Origin: Amoebidium appalachense
Taxonomy: Eukaryota; Protista; Ichthyosporea
DNA length: 64,000 bases
Direction: 5' to 3'
Assembly (NCBI GenBank): GCA_963693365.1
Contig: CAVNZM010000006.1
Location: 4,116,267 to 4,180,266, forward strand
A model generated the notes under the pieces. That model did not search any database and had not been told where the DNA came from. It was given only the letters and a program-made list of their open reading frames with translations. Made by a program: the position numbers and the translations under genes. This document shows positions 28,601 to 59,858 of the stretch, piece after piece (position 1 is the first letter of the stretch; the number at the start of each line of letters is the position of its first letter).

Positions 28601-28838
28601 CCGGTTTGCACTTCACTCTCACGTGTGGTGCGGCAAGTACAATAATGCCTCGGTTTTTCGCGTAACCGGGGTGTGTGGATGTGTCGACCAATGTAGAGTT
28701 GAATTTGTGGTGGTTTTTAAACTGTGTTTCGCAAATCACTGTAAACGTGTGGTTGTTTGTCTGTTGTTGTATGTAGCTGATTTTATCGTCGAGTGTCCCG
28801 GGGGGGGAGGCCCTTTTGGGGGCCCAGTGTCCGAGCAT
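25671..28838 (-). CDS. LINE ORF2: apurinic-like endonuclease + reverse transcriptase
   Basis: APE motifs VICET, ILGDFN, SSDHSPI; RT motifs KSCGPDG, FRPITL, QSAFR, FIDWKTAYDSV, GLLQGSLLSPFLFNLFID, LYADD, YKYLG. The open frame extends to 28979; the first ATG after the ORF1 stop is at 28838. Confidence 0.95.
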   Translation of the reverse strand: MLGHWAPKRASPPGTLDDKISYIQQQTNNHTFTVICETQFKNHHKFNSTLVDTSTHPGYAKNRGIIVLAAPHVRVKCKPVAKTEFSVSIEFLSNVFTFVYYPPSMSVVELTHELSQLPMSTVILGDFNTRLHHTDTLQVSVGYPSKPPERAIPLARYVQSHTLRFPQISHAHNTDWGVAFWPSTMSKLSLPPNLSRSSDHSPILFLPKISLDLLPPPPPTFRLRLSQLKSQWGRVDVCVCYATKHPIYMRLLESAQARPDSHLVLDTCTNFIVDDLIDLGDYAGGGRKEYPDALLLPNTTPARLGEPLSQKESLRRLASMNRFGPPARIIGDTTGDPLIDSDKYFSELFKDRTPAQKPIVWPVDPSIPIESILPFFSPDAIWSVISSYSSSKSCGPDGLPAGFLKILVPSYPQKESDRAIKPDLTIMLSSLFSWCVKCGHVPSSWLDTLVIPIVKKDSEGPISSFRPITLTQVVRRFFEACLLRLFAHHPRFQSILHIHPCQSAFRKNNSCYVQIMALHDSMQVGAQYVGFIDWKTAYDSVSPGLLWEKLAARGVPHCIGVLLEALLSQTYGRAVVNGHLSYGFARTRGLLQGSLLSPFLFNLFIDDLAVKIYAENDDPINNFPPALLYADDLSLLARTPRRLQRLFDVVSEWCKANLMILNIDKCGVLVPDIANNLHTFTLSSKPVPIVPEYKYLGVPVDSVGVMFPHMVEKRVELARKRLAFFSANIFKDTPLHPSIRLTFIRTFVFPACEYGLPLLAAWIKKERTRALKPLANFLEAEVASFLSNNCCKPGPVTLSIYGLVPIAARVSYLALKFNKHISRLKKYLPSHPLFSIRPVPSSPLPSFLPSLSPSPLGTNTNKPRNSVCVTLDCHLLIKHVHNHKIITQYNKWKKIPHDTRPDESIHLEKLSLMSRFIYTDRLNHIAKYGTRKCITPKYILPSCRTGLSLADGIIDQLPRFYCTRAIQWRSNKYKVASFACPNNTHTHQFNRSCIAKCSLIDHIIPQHTHVTFTTDTQKDSLPVNYNILDFILNTRNYDLVIRCIDWLEKHITTKL

Positions 28839-28858
28839 TCCAGAAGAAGAAGGATAAA

Positions 28859-30043
28859 TTAGGCATCGGTTTGGTCCGACACCTGTGGGGTTGGTTCCCA
28901 CTTGTCGCTTACGGGGTCGTATGCACGACCTTCCGCCAGCGCGAACAGTTCGCAGAAGAGCTCGATTTCCATCTCGCATCGGCGTTTGCGCTCGAGCAGT
29001 TTCTCACCAGAAAACATTGGTTCCTTCGTGTCCGTGTCTATCACGCTCGTAGCATCGTTTTCCAACTTTGCGAGGAACTCTTTTGCCTTGCTGATGCGTA
29101 CACGACAACGTGTGGCGCACGCATTCTTAGCAGACACTTTACGTTCTTTGTCTGCTTTCTGAATGTTTTCCGGCGCGCATGGGTCGTAGCTTGGGAGGTG
29201 GGTGAAGAAGCTTCCACACCCCTTTGTCGCGTCACGGATGAACGCACGGTTATAGTCGCCCCGTACTGCTACTTCCAGCACATCGTATCCAATGAAGGAC
29301 AGACAAAGGATGCGAGAGCACCGGAAGCCGAGAGCCTTGAAGATGGACCACATGGCCCTGTGTGGGCGTCTGCCGTGCTTGACTTTGAAATACACCCTCT
29401 CGTATTTGGGTGGGATGTTGATGTTACCGTTTGCTTGGGTGTTCCCCTTAGCCGGCGGTTTGGGAGGGGAGTTGCGGCGGTACTCGTTGCCTGCAAGAAT
29501 GCTGGCATATGTTTCCTTGGCAATTTGGCGGAGCTCGGGTGTTTTACGAGAGTTCGCATATTCTAGGAACTCTGCCGGGAGCTGTGCTTCCGGTCCTGTG
29601 TTGTTTTGTGTTGGGGTGGAAATGTCTCCGTCGCGAGATGTTTGCTCATGAGTTTTGGGGTTTTGCGATCCACTAATGTTTAGCTGGGCTGTGAGTGAAT
29701 CAATGGTGAGCTTGAGTTGGGTATTTTCTGTTTGGAGTTTTTCTATCATGTTCTTGAGTGGTAACAGCTCATTTAGCTGTTTCTTAACGAGGGCAAGTTC
29801 TGCCAGTACTGTATCAACCGAAAGTTTCGGCATGGTTGTTATTGTGTTTCTACGGAGTGGTGTGGTGTTATTCTGAATGGGTAGTGTATTGTAAATAGGT
29901 GTTGCGCTTAGTCTAAGGCGATGTTTTTCTGGTTGTGCATCTGTGGTAGGTGTATCTGCTGGACGTTTTAATGGTCGCACATGTGTGATGGGTGTAGATG
30001 GAACTTTGAAAGAGGTTCTGAAACGATTATAGGCATGTGCCAT
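28859..30043 (-). CDS. LINE ORF1 (gag-like nucleic-acid chaperone with coiled coil)
   Basis: 394-aa ORF directly upstream of ORF2; heptad coiled coil (LAELALVKKQL...LQTENTQLKLTIDSLTAQL), TYASIL motif and a basic alpha/beta segment (RVYFKV...FKALGF..SRILCLSFIG). Confidence 0.8.
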   Translation of the reverse strand: MAHAYNRFRTSFKVPSTPITHVRPLKRPADTPTTDAQPEKHRLRLSATPIYNTLPIQNNTTPLRRNTITTMPKLSVDTVLAELALVKKQLNELLPLKNMIEKLQTENTQLKLTIDSLTAQLNISGSQNPKTHEQTSRDGDISTPTQNNTGPEAQLPAEFLEYANSRKTPELRQIAKETYASILAGNEYRRNSPPKPPAKGNTQANGNINIPPKYERVYFKVKHGRRPHRAMWSIFKALGFRCSRILCLSFIGYDVLEVAVRGDYNRAFIRDATKGCGSFFTHLPSYDPCAPENIQKADKERKVSAKNACATRCRVRISKAKEFLAKLENDATSVIDTDTKEPMFSGEKLLERKRRCEMEIELFCELFALAEGRAYDPVSDKWEPTPQVSDQTDA

Positions 30044-30292
30044 GACATGGATGGGGGTGTTCTAGATATCACAGACCATATGGCATCGGGACTGAAAAAG
30101 GGGAATCATTCATATGGCATCGAACAGTGACTCTAACTGCCCGCCGGGCCCCCTGAGCACATATGCCAAATCTTCACCTACTATGCATATGATACGTCGA
30201 CACAGTGTGCAACATGTCTGTCACAGCTCTTGGAGCACAAATGTCTTTACAAGAGTCGATCGATCCATGGCTAATTAGCTAGATAGCCCACG

Positions 30293-30342
<50 letters not shown>

Positions 30343-31576
30343 TATATATATATATAGCTAGAAGCATACTACTGTGATAGGTATCTCATGATGATTACGT
30401 TGATTAGAGTACATATGCATGCTACACGGTAGTACTATATATATGTATACTACACTCAGTCTGCCAGCAGAGAGTGTCATATATAGATAGTCTACTCGTA
30501 CCATGGCAGTGATCTGTGCAGTATAATAATATCAGCCCAGCTCGCGTCTATCATGAATGAATAATTAGGTTATTCAAAGCATAACTTGATATGTCCAAAT
30601 TTTTTGTGTGATGATATCCCGTCGTTTCTGAGCAAAGGTTGTGGTAATATAAGCCTTCTACTACTACTATTTTGTCAGTATTTGGTTTGTTGCGTGCTCG
30701 TGCCCATCTTACTCCCCTCGCGCATAAGTTTCATTTACATTTGTTGGGCCTCAAAGCCACATGCATCCCCGTCCTCACCTCTTTTCTCTCTCTCTGATCT
30801 CGTCCTCTCCCCCTCTGCTCTTCCCCCCTCCCCTCCCCTCCAATCCCAATCCACACACCCCCTTTCCCCCCCCCAATACCAATCCCTCTCAATTGTGAAG
30901 GAATACTTTGCGTGGTGTGCTATTCCGGCGGAGGATAGACCAGATGACAGCTTGCACTTACCGGGACTGTGCCACGTTTAGACGTAGATCGTTTCTTGTA
31001 TAATTTATCGTTCACAACAGCTGTTTGAGTATGAAAATGGCAGGAAACTGCTCCCCAGATATATGTACAATAGTGAGCGTGTGGGTAAATCTCTAATAGA
31101 CCAGTTTGTATATGAGTTGCCGAAGCTTACTGTGTGAAGGCTTTAAATTAACAATGGAGATGTAACAAATACAAAGTTTTCAGATATGTATGCTCTACAC
31201 CAAACAACACACCACACCAATTCAAACGAACATGCCCCCCAAAATGTGGTTTGCTCTCAACCTTAATTTCTCCAGACATACACACTCGGTTTACCCGGGC
31301 CCATACACATGACACAGTGAAAGACCTACCGAACTTCACCTGCAGTACTTGATTTTATACTTAACTCTGGCGAGTTTCTATTATTCCAACAGTGTATGCC
31401 ATATCTGGACCAAAATGTAATACAGTCTCAGAATACGGATTAAGGTGTACTTGAACACACAAAAAAAAAAAACTAAAAAATTTAAAAATTACAAAAATTA
31501 AAAATTAAAAAAATTAAAAAAGTGTATATCTCCACATATGATGTCTATTGATACGTTATATCTCCACTTAAAATTT

Positions 31577-31843
31577 GTATGATGTAAGTGTAACACCGAT
31601 TTTATTACATGTATATCTTATTGGGTGAAAGTACTGTTGGCCTTGGTGCCGACAACTCATCACAGCTCACCTACATGCCGTTAATAAACAGCACATCCCC
31701 CCCCCCCCCCCCCCCCCGGTATGATGTAAGTGTAACACCGATTTTAGTACATGTTTATCTTGTTGCCAATGGGTGGAAGTACTGTTGGCCTTGGTGCCGA
31801 CAACTCATCACAGCTCACCTACATGCCGTTAATAAACAGCACA

Positions 31844-31882
<39 letters not shown>

Positions 31883-31885
31883 CCC
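31577..31885 (+). repeat. ~142-bp tandem duplication, each unit ending in poly-C
   Basis: gtatgatgtaagtgtaacaccg...aataaacagcacat(C)n at 31577 and 31719. Confidence 0.9.
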
Positions 31886-32094
31886 CATAAATTACTAGCT
31901 AGTACTATTGATCTTTTCATACGATAATAGATACTGAAATAGCCTAGCCAGTGATACACATGTACTACAGTAGGCGCAGTGTGTAACACTGACCTGGTTT
32001 ATCAGAGCAAGAGTCGTGGATATCCCTCCGCTGGCTTGTCAGCGGGAGGCTCGGGGAGCACCGTGGGGGGGCGGGGGGTCGAGCCTCTGTCAGT

Positions 32095-32192
<98 letters not shown>

Positions 32193-32275
32193 GAGAGAGA
32201 GAGAGATCTAGGGGGGGGGGGGGGGGGGGGAGAGAGAGAGAGAGAGAGAGAGAGATGTAGGGGGGGGGGGGGGGG

Positions 32276-32313
<38 letters not shown>

Positions 32314-32382
32314 CAGAGAGAGAGAGAGAGGGAACCGGAGAGAGAGAGAGACATGTAGAGAGACTCTGTGAGAGAGAGAGAC

Positions 32383-32420
<38 letters not shown>

Positions 32421-32424
32421 CGGG

Positions 32425-32525
<101 letters not shown>

Positions 32526-33638
32526 CCTGACCACCTGAGATAAACGTTTCATGTGTATGTGTGTGTGTGTGTGTGTGTATACGTAGTTGGGGGGGGGGGG
32601 GGAGGGGGGTGTAAACAGGGGGAACCGGGGGGGGGGGGGGGGGGGGGAGGAGGGGGGGGGGGGGGGGGGGAGAGGAGGGCGGGGAGGGGGGAGACCCACC
32701 TCTGCCCGAGAGGAAGTCAGTGTTATTATCCCACACGTGTGGCACGGCGTCATTGCCAAAGTCTGTGTTATATAGTCACAGTGCCGTCATTGCAGTCATC
32801 GCCAGTGCAACATGTCATCTGACGCCTTCGATCATGGTAGAACTGCCAGAAGCACTGCCACCCTCGAGCTCTTCATTGGCCAAGAATCGGTTCACATGCA
32901 GAATGCACATGTGACACTTAGTTCAATGATAAATCATTGTGTGTCAATACAAAAGCTCATTAAGCACTTTTGAACCGTTGCGGCAGCCATTCAGATCCGA
33001 GCATGCACATGACTCTAGCATGCTCATGACACCCTCTCATAATCATAATCGATCGGATCCTGCCCCCCCCTCCCCCGGTCCCCCCCCTTCCCCTTCTCCA
33101 CCTCGCCCCAACACGGGCTCCGTGACCCCGTGCACACATACAAACACACCGCGAAGAAGCGGAGCTCACAGTCTCCCCTCTCTCCACCATTGGAGTCCAC
33201 CGTTATTGAGGCAATCGGATTATTACAGTGTTGCTCTGCCCTGTACAATACAAAAATGTGGCCCGCATGGCGCCCCCCCCCCCACCCCCCCTCCCCTCCC
33301 CCCCCCCCCCCCCCTATACCCCCTCCCTCCCCCCCCTCCCCCCTCTCTCCCCACCACCGGTACCTCCCCCCCAACTCTCTGCAAACTGGCAATTTCTCCA
33401 CGATCGTGACCCCTCTCGCTGATCATGGCAACCCCTCTCCCAAAGAAAGTACGCTCGTGCCTATTATTTTGAGGCTGGCCACTCAAAAGGCGGCACCGTG
33501 ACTACACCATGTAACCAACGTTGGTATCAGAAGGCTTGGAAAACATCGTCACACAACACGTGCACGCGTGCGCGCACACACAGTGTCACACACAAGCCAC
33601 ACATGTGCGCGCGCACACACACACACACGCACACACGT

Positions 33639-33717
<79 letters not shown>

Positions 33718-33867
33718 ACCGTGACACACACACACACGCGCGCGCGCGTGCACGTGGTACACACACATACACACCATGATACACACACATACACACACAC
33801 ACGCAGCCACGCATTTGCACGCACACACGCACACACGCAAGCTGGCACGCCAGAAGTGTGTACATAT

Positions 33868-34016
33868 AGTTAGGATTGTTATAGGTGTGTTAGTTTAGCT
33901 AATAGCATCGTAGCACCCTAGCTAGAGTACTGTCGGTGCTGGGTGGAAGACGGTAGTTCCCCCTGAGGGCCCCTAGGGGCACTTCCGGGAACAAAACGGG
34001 ATAAAATAAAAAAAAC
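33868..34016 (+). mobile_element. Retroposon 3'-end/SINE-like family 2, copy 2 (5'-truncated)
   Basis: Same conserved blocks, ending GGGATAAAATAAAAAAAA. Confidence 0.6.
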
Positions 34017-34069
34017 AAGCCCGCACGCCCGCACGCCCGCACGCCCGCCCGCCCGCCCGCCCGCCCGCC

Positions 34070-34125
<56 letters not shown>

Positions 34126-34984
34126 GTCTCGCAAGGTGCAAGAGGGCCATGATACGTACGCACACGACACACACACACACACACGTGCACACACACAGGC
34201 GCGCGGAGGACTCAGCCTGTCACGGTATGATATGCTCAAGGTGTGGCCAGCCACCCCAAGTCGTCACCCAGCCCACCTGCCCTCGCGACAGTGCCACCAA
34301 CATCCGGAGACTAAGGCCAACCTCTGGGCATCATGATGCACGGCACATGCACTTGCAGAGGAGTCATCCCCCCTGACCACGGCATCACCGCATCGTCTAC
34401 AACACCCTGCACACTGGTACACGGCACAGCACAGGCACACAGAAGGTGCACGGTGGTAGCCCAACATGTATGGCTAATAACGGGCCATCTAATAGGTAGA
34501 TTTACGGTAGAATTGCAGACTTTTTTTCTTTTCTAAAATTTGGACACCACGCAACAAGACCCTCCCACCGGTACCCACAACCCCAAATTGCAAAAAGAAC
34601 ACCACCTCACACCCACACGTATACAGAGTCTCAGAGATAGAGCCCCAGCGAGGCCCAAAACGCACACACGCACACACACACGTCCCACACACACCGGCAG
34701 CCAGCCCGACTGCAGGCACCGTCACAGGGACACACAGTCGTGCAAAACCTGGCTATTCAGTATACTACTACATCGTAGCCACACACCTTGTTCATAACTT
34801 ATCCTGGTCGAGAGCATGCCCCCACCACAAGGCCCCACTATACACCCATACCCACGTGCACCGTAAACACAACCAACACCGTACCCTACATTCCACCACC
34901 GTAGACGAACAAATGAGAGCCTGACGGCGTGTTTAAAGTTTATTCGTAGGTTTCAAAGTGAGTAGAGGGGAAGCCTGGTGCTAC

Positions 34985-35233
34985 TCACCAGTGACTGGGG
35001 CGAAAACCCTGGGCTACTGAGTGTGTACGAACGAATAGTTAGGATTGGTTATTTTGTGTTTGCTTAGCTGATGGCACCATAGCACGCTATGTACACCCTA
35101 GCTATAGAGTAGTATGTAAAAGTAGACGGTGTTGGGCGGAAGACGGTAGTTCCTATGGGGGGCTCAAATTTGAGGGTCCCCGGCTCCGGGAACAAACAGA
35201 ATACTTGAAAAGGAAAAAAAGAAAAGGAAAAAA
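34985..35233 (+). mobile_element. Retroposon 3'-end/SINE-like family 2, copy 3
   Basis: Same conserved blocks with different spacer lengths; A-rich tail. Confidence 0.6.
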
Positions 35234-35549
35234 ATGGAGGTATGGCGGTGCATCACGCTGCGTGCACACACACTGTGACGTGTGGCACACGAGGCTCCCT
35301 CTTTTCAAAGAGTCTATGCAGGACTTATTATTATCGTGACTGCACGGATGATCATGCACGATGACTGCGGCCAAAATTAAGCTTTGCCGGACTTCTTGGC
35401 CTTTGCCGGGAGCTCCACCCTACCTTTAATGTGACCCCTGCTCACATATACTCGAACGCGAATTCAAAGACTGACAAGCGCACATATTTGTGGGAACAGT
35501 CACAATGGACACACATTCAGTGAGCCTCATTCAGTGTCACACACATACA

Positions 35550-35682
<133 letters not shown>

Positions 35683-36766
35683 CCCCCCCCCCCCCCCCCC
35701 CCCCCTAGCAAGCTAGCTAGCCTCTCCCTCTCTCTTTCCCCTTCTCTTTCATTTCTTCCCCCCCCCCCCCCCCTTTTTTTTTGTTGTGGTTGTGGTGGTG
35801 GTGCACGTGGTGGTGGTGGGGAGGGGGAGGGGGAGGGGGTATTGTGTGACATGATGCAGCAACAACAACCGTCAAAAACGAGGGGACCCCAGACAACAGG
35901 AGTTCACCGGGGAAGTTCATCCACATTCTTTGTGATGTCCTCTAAACCAATCACATACAAAGTTCATTTGATTGGCTTCTGGGGTTTGTGCAAACACGGG
36001 TTTCGTGTTTCTGTTTGATGTGTCAGTGTTGTCATACAGTACCGCCTGGGATAGAACAACCCTATGTTGAAACCACCCTGAGATCATAACAACCCCTGCC
36101 CCCCCCCAACTAGCCAACAAAAAAAAAAAAAAAAAAAAAAAAGAAAAAAAGTTCTTGCAAAACACTGTCCGACTTGTAGCCAGTGGTACTTGTGCAGTGT
36201 AGTGGGCCACTAGTGGCAGCCCAGGCCATGCGTGGCAGACGTGCTTCATAACACAGGCACATGAACGAGCGCTATCGCTTTAAAAGCTAGCTATATGCAG
36301 TGTGTTCCTTGGTGCTCATGGGGTTTCCCCCCTTTTTTATTCCTTTTTAAAAAAAAATTGTGTCCTTCTTCCCCTCACTCTATATCTCCATCTTGCAGTT
36401 GCAAGCAGCTACCATGGTGGCGGCCAACTTAGTCTACTAATATACGTTTGCGCAATCACTATGTTTGCGCCATCACCTACGATAGACCTACCTTTAGATA
36501 GAACAACCCCTGAGGGGGGAAACGAAGGGTTTTAGCCGAGGCGTGACTGTACTCGGTGTCAGTCATAGCATTTCATGGGGTGTTCATGCGCTTCTACAGC
36601 CAAAACTTTGCTGTACAGCCACAAACTTCGGTATAGATATTGCTATTATAAGTAAAGATTACCTCTCTCGAGCCCTTTTACATCCCCATTTTTGACCTAC
36701 TTCGTTTCTTACTTTTTTGACGATTTTGTCTTCAGGCTCAATACTACGTGACTTACTTCTTTCACA

Positions 36767-46699
<9,933 letters not shown>

Positions 46700-46968
46700 G
46701 GGTGTTGGGACGTCGTGTTGTTTGCACCCCAAAAAAACTGCTCGACATGAGTGCCGGCAGGCCTGTTCATGCGGGGGGATAGAAAGCTTTCCTGATCATT
46801 TCTTCGTGCCTCCTCCTCCCCGTTTCTCCCCCCCCCAATGCTGCCCCCGTTCAGCACACAAATACATGCACGAATGCACACACAGGAGTACACTGGCACA
46901 CACATATGGGTATGCGCACATGTGTGCGGGCGTGTGGCGCTTGTGAACGCAGGCTCGTAGGGAAACAT

Positions 46969-47026
<58 letters not shown>

Positions 47027-47123
47027 GCACACACACGCACACACACACACACACACACATACACACACACACATGCACACATGCGCGCGCACACACACAC
47101 ACACGCACACACATGCACACGCG

Positions 47124-47196
<73 letters not shown>

Positions 47197-47498
47197 ACAC
47201 ACACACACACACACACACAACATCTTTTTCTGAATTGTTCCAAGTCAAAGCGAGTTAACATATCATTATACAAAAGGACATTCTATTCGAAAGACTTAGA
47301 CATTGTATAACGGTGTTACAGGCTCGTGTTTGATCGAAGGTAACGTTACACAGCACCGTAGCATAAATCGATTGATCTCGTTGCTATTGCTCGTTGCATG
47401 CACGCGAGGTTAAACCTGAAAGGTCGACAGGTATGAAGACGTGTGTGCCTTTTTTGGGCACGTTCTAGACAGTGGATCAATAATTACTATTATTCAGC

Positions 47499-47551
<53 letters not shown>

Positions 47552-47728
47552 TTCCCGTGACCCTAATAATGAATGAAGAGGACCGTATTTGATCATAAAC
47601 GGGGGAATAGAAGATTTGAATCGTCTTGACATTCCTACTATTTTTATTGTTTTATAAAAACATATATGCCGTGTGTGTGGGTGTGTGTGTGTGTGTGTGT
47701 GTGTCATGTTGCTAGGCTGGCCCACGCA

Positions 47729-47767
<39 letters not shown>

Positions 47768-48184
47768 AGGGATTGCCGCATTAATATGTTTGACATGAAA
47801 AAGCGACAAAAGTAAAACAAAAAAGAAAAACGGTAACCATTGTTCTGGCAAACTCGATGAAACGTTTGCACGCACATACTTGGTTAACCCCCCCCCCCCC
47901 CCCCCCCCCTCCCCCCCCCCCCCTCCTTCCTCTCCTCCTGCCCTGCCCGTGTTTTTTCGACCATTTTAGCCAGAAGACAGAGCTGCCATTTTGCTGGTTG
48001 GTAGTGGCTGCAGTGTGTCCCTGAAAATGTGTGCCGTGCCTGGCTGCTGGCGCGATGTTGCAGTATATTTGACAGCCTTGCGCTAAACTATTAAGTTGGA
48101 TGGGTGGGCCTGCATATGCATGCATGACATTGTGTGCTTATGTGCGCCCGTGTGTGCGGTGCGATACCGATGGTGCACGCTCAC

Positions 48185-48223
<39 letters not shown>

Positions 48224-48434
48224 GAAAGGTGTGGTTAATTGGGCGTGTGCGTGCAATCGTGTAGCGTTAAATCTGTTTGTGCGCGCGTATATACAGCGAA
48301 GTTTATACTACGTAGTGGACCATTATGTTTGTAGCACTCTGCCATTCTCTGCGATACTAGCGCGCTGGTGCTCGTGAGAGAGTGCACGCCTGCATAGTAG
48401 GGCTCAACCACATCGGCTGAGTTAACTTGCTGCG

Positions 48435-48760
48435 AGCAGAATTTATCCTGCAAATGCAGAATCTTTCTGCAAACAGCAGAATCGACCTGCTAAAAGCAGA
48501 ATTATCCTGCTGAAAGCAGAATCATTCTGCTAGAAGCAGAATGATTAGAATATTCTGCTTTTACAGAATAATTCTGCTGTCGAAAGCAGAATAATTCAGC
48601 TTTTTGCGGAATAATTCTGCTTCTGCTTTTGCGGAATAATTCTGCTAGAGGCCGAAAAAACGGAGTGATTCTGCTTTTGCAAAATAATTCTGCTTTTCCA
48701 GAATAATTCCGCTTCTTGCAGAATGATTCCGCTTTTGCAGAATAATTCCACTTTTTGCAA
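48435..48760. repeat. Minisatellite of quasi-palindromic GCAGAATAATTCTGC units
   Basis: Repeated aagcagaat(a/t)attctgc(ttt) units with ~20-21 bp period. Confidence 0.85.
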
Positions 48761-49382
48761 GTTGACCCTGCCGATGTGCTTGGGCCCTCATACTCGGAAA
48801 ATGTGTGTGCACGTATGCGTGTGAGTCGTCTCAAAGCGCGAGTTTGTCTGTGCACGTGTGCATTGTACGGGTATGATAAATACAATGGGTAAGTCCCTTT
48901 CTAAATAATGCATGCCGCCTTAAAGCGGGTTGGGGGCGGGGGGGAGGGGGGGGGGGGGAAGCATCATTGAACATATAGAGGACAAGTGCAAGCGCAGACG
49001 AGCATGGTCATGGGGGCTCCCCTCCCCTCCGCCCCATCCCCCCCTCCCACCACCATGGCCACCGGTACCCCCGCGGGGAAAGACTCACATGTCCAAAGGG
49101 GGGGGGGGGGGGGGGGGGGGGGGAGGGGGAGGGAAGCTACTGTGTACATACATAATAACTCCCCCCCCTCCCCCCCGACTATGTAACATAGTCACCCCCC
49201 CGCCCCGTTTCAAAAACAAGAATTCGAAATAAAAATTGAAGTCGGAGGATCGATGTCGCATCAACGGGGGACTAAATCGGTTTGGTCTCGCGTGTGCGCA
49301 CGCGTTTGTCTGTCAGTGTGTTACTCAACAGGAGGTGGTGGTACTGGTGCACGTGCTGCTGGTGGTTGTGTGTGTGTGCGCT

Positions 49383-49420
<38 letters not shown>

Positions 49421-49539
49421 CTGCACCTTATAAACAACACAAAGCAAAAACAATAACACAATAGACACGCGGGTCGAGTCTTAAGAAAGCTTTCGTTCTT
49501 GGTGGGGGACTCGGGGAAAGGTGGGTTCCGGGGGCGGGG

Positions 49540-49577
<38 letters not shown>

Positions 49578-50380
49578 GGAAGGGGACGGTATACTATAGG
49601 GCACGTGCACAAAGGCACACAGCAAGTTGAACTTATTTGCACGTTGGCCGTCACTCTGTCGTAATCACCGTGATTTGAAAAATTTCATCAATTGTTCAGG
49701 CAAACACATTCGTTCATACAGAATCTAATTGAGCCTTTTGTATAGCAAATTACGATCACAACCTAGATATGCCATCAAGAGAACACAGAGTAGAACACTA
49801 CAAAAATGCGCCAATATGTACATGTGTATGTCTTTAGTTGTCATGTATTACTTCACTCTCATAAACTGATAACTTATCACTGCACCTGCAACAGCTTAAT
49901 ACACCCAACATCCGAATGAAAAGCCCCATCAACAGCCGAATAAAAGACCCCCCCCCCCCCCCCCCCCGGAAAAAAAAAAAAATCGAATCCACCGTCATAC
50001 CCAGCCCCTTCCCTCTCTAAACTCCCTGAACCATGTGTACCTACAAAGGAAATGAAAAAAAACAGAAGAGCCATAGAGAACCAAGTGAACGAACGAACAA
50101 GGTGAACCAACGGTGAATGGTTAAGCAAGGTATCGAATGCATTAATGAAGGAAGTGTGCTTAATAAATAAAAAGAACGGCACGTCCCACTATCCAACATA
50201 ACAGCGCCCACATACGAGCAAATCTCTCATCCCCAGGCCCAGATAAATCTAGGCAAAAGGGGTGGAGGGTGGGGAGTAGCATATGTGTTTGAGGGTTGGA
50301 ATTATCGAAGTGGAGGCATCAAAAGACAAAACACAAAACACAACAGAAGCGAGAGGGTCCTTCTAAAATGACATGTACAA

Positions 50381-59858
<9,478 letters not shown>

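Larger units (their letters stand above)
25495..30104 (-). mobile_element. Non-LTR retrotransposon (LINE) with ORF1 + APE-RT ORF2, (CA)n-containing 3' UTR and poly(A) tail
   Basis: Two long uninterrupted intronless ORFs; poly(T) 25495-25553 on + is the poly(A) tail; 5' junction near 30060-30104 carries a copy of internal sequence. No TSD found. Confidence 0.9.

Noticed and set aside
28793-29651. Plus-strand ORFs overlapping LINE ORF1
   Set aside because: Antisense shadows of the real ORF with no motifs.
32760-34960. Degraded LINE coding sequence upstream of family-2 tails
   Set aside because: No RT or APE motif recognisable by eye; needs a translated search.
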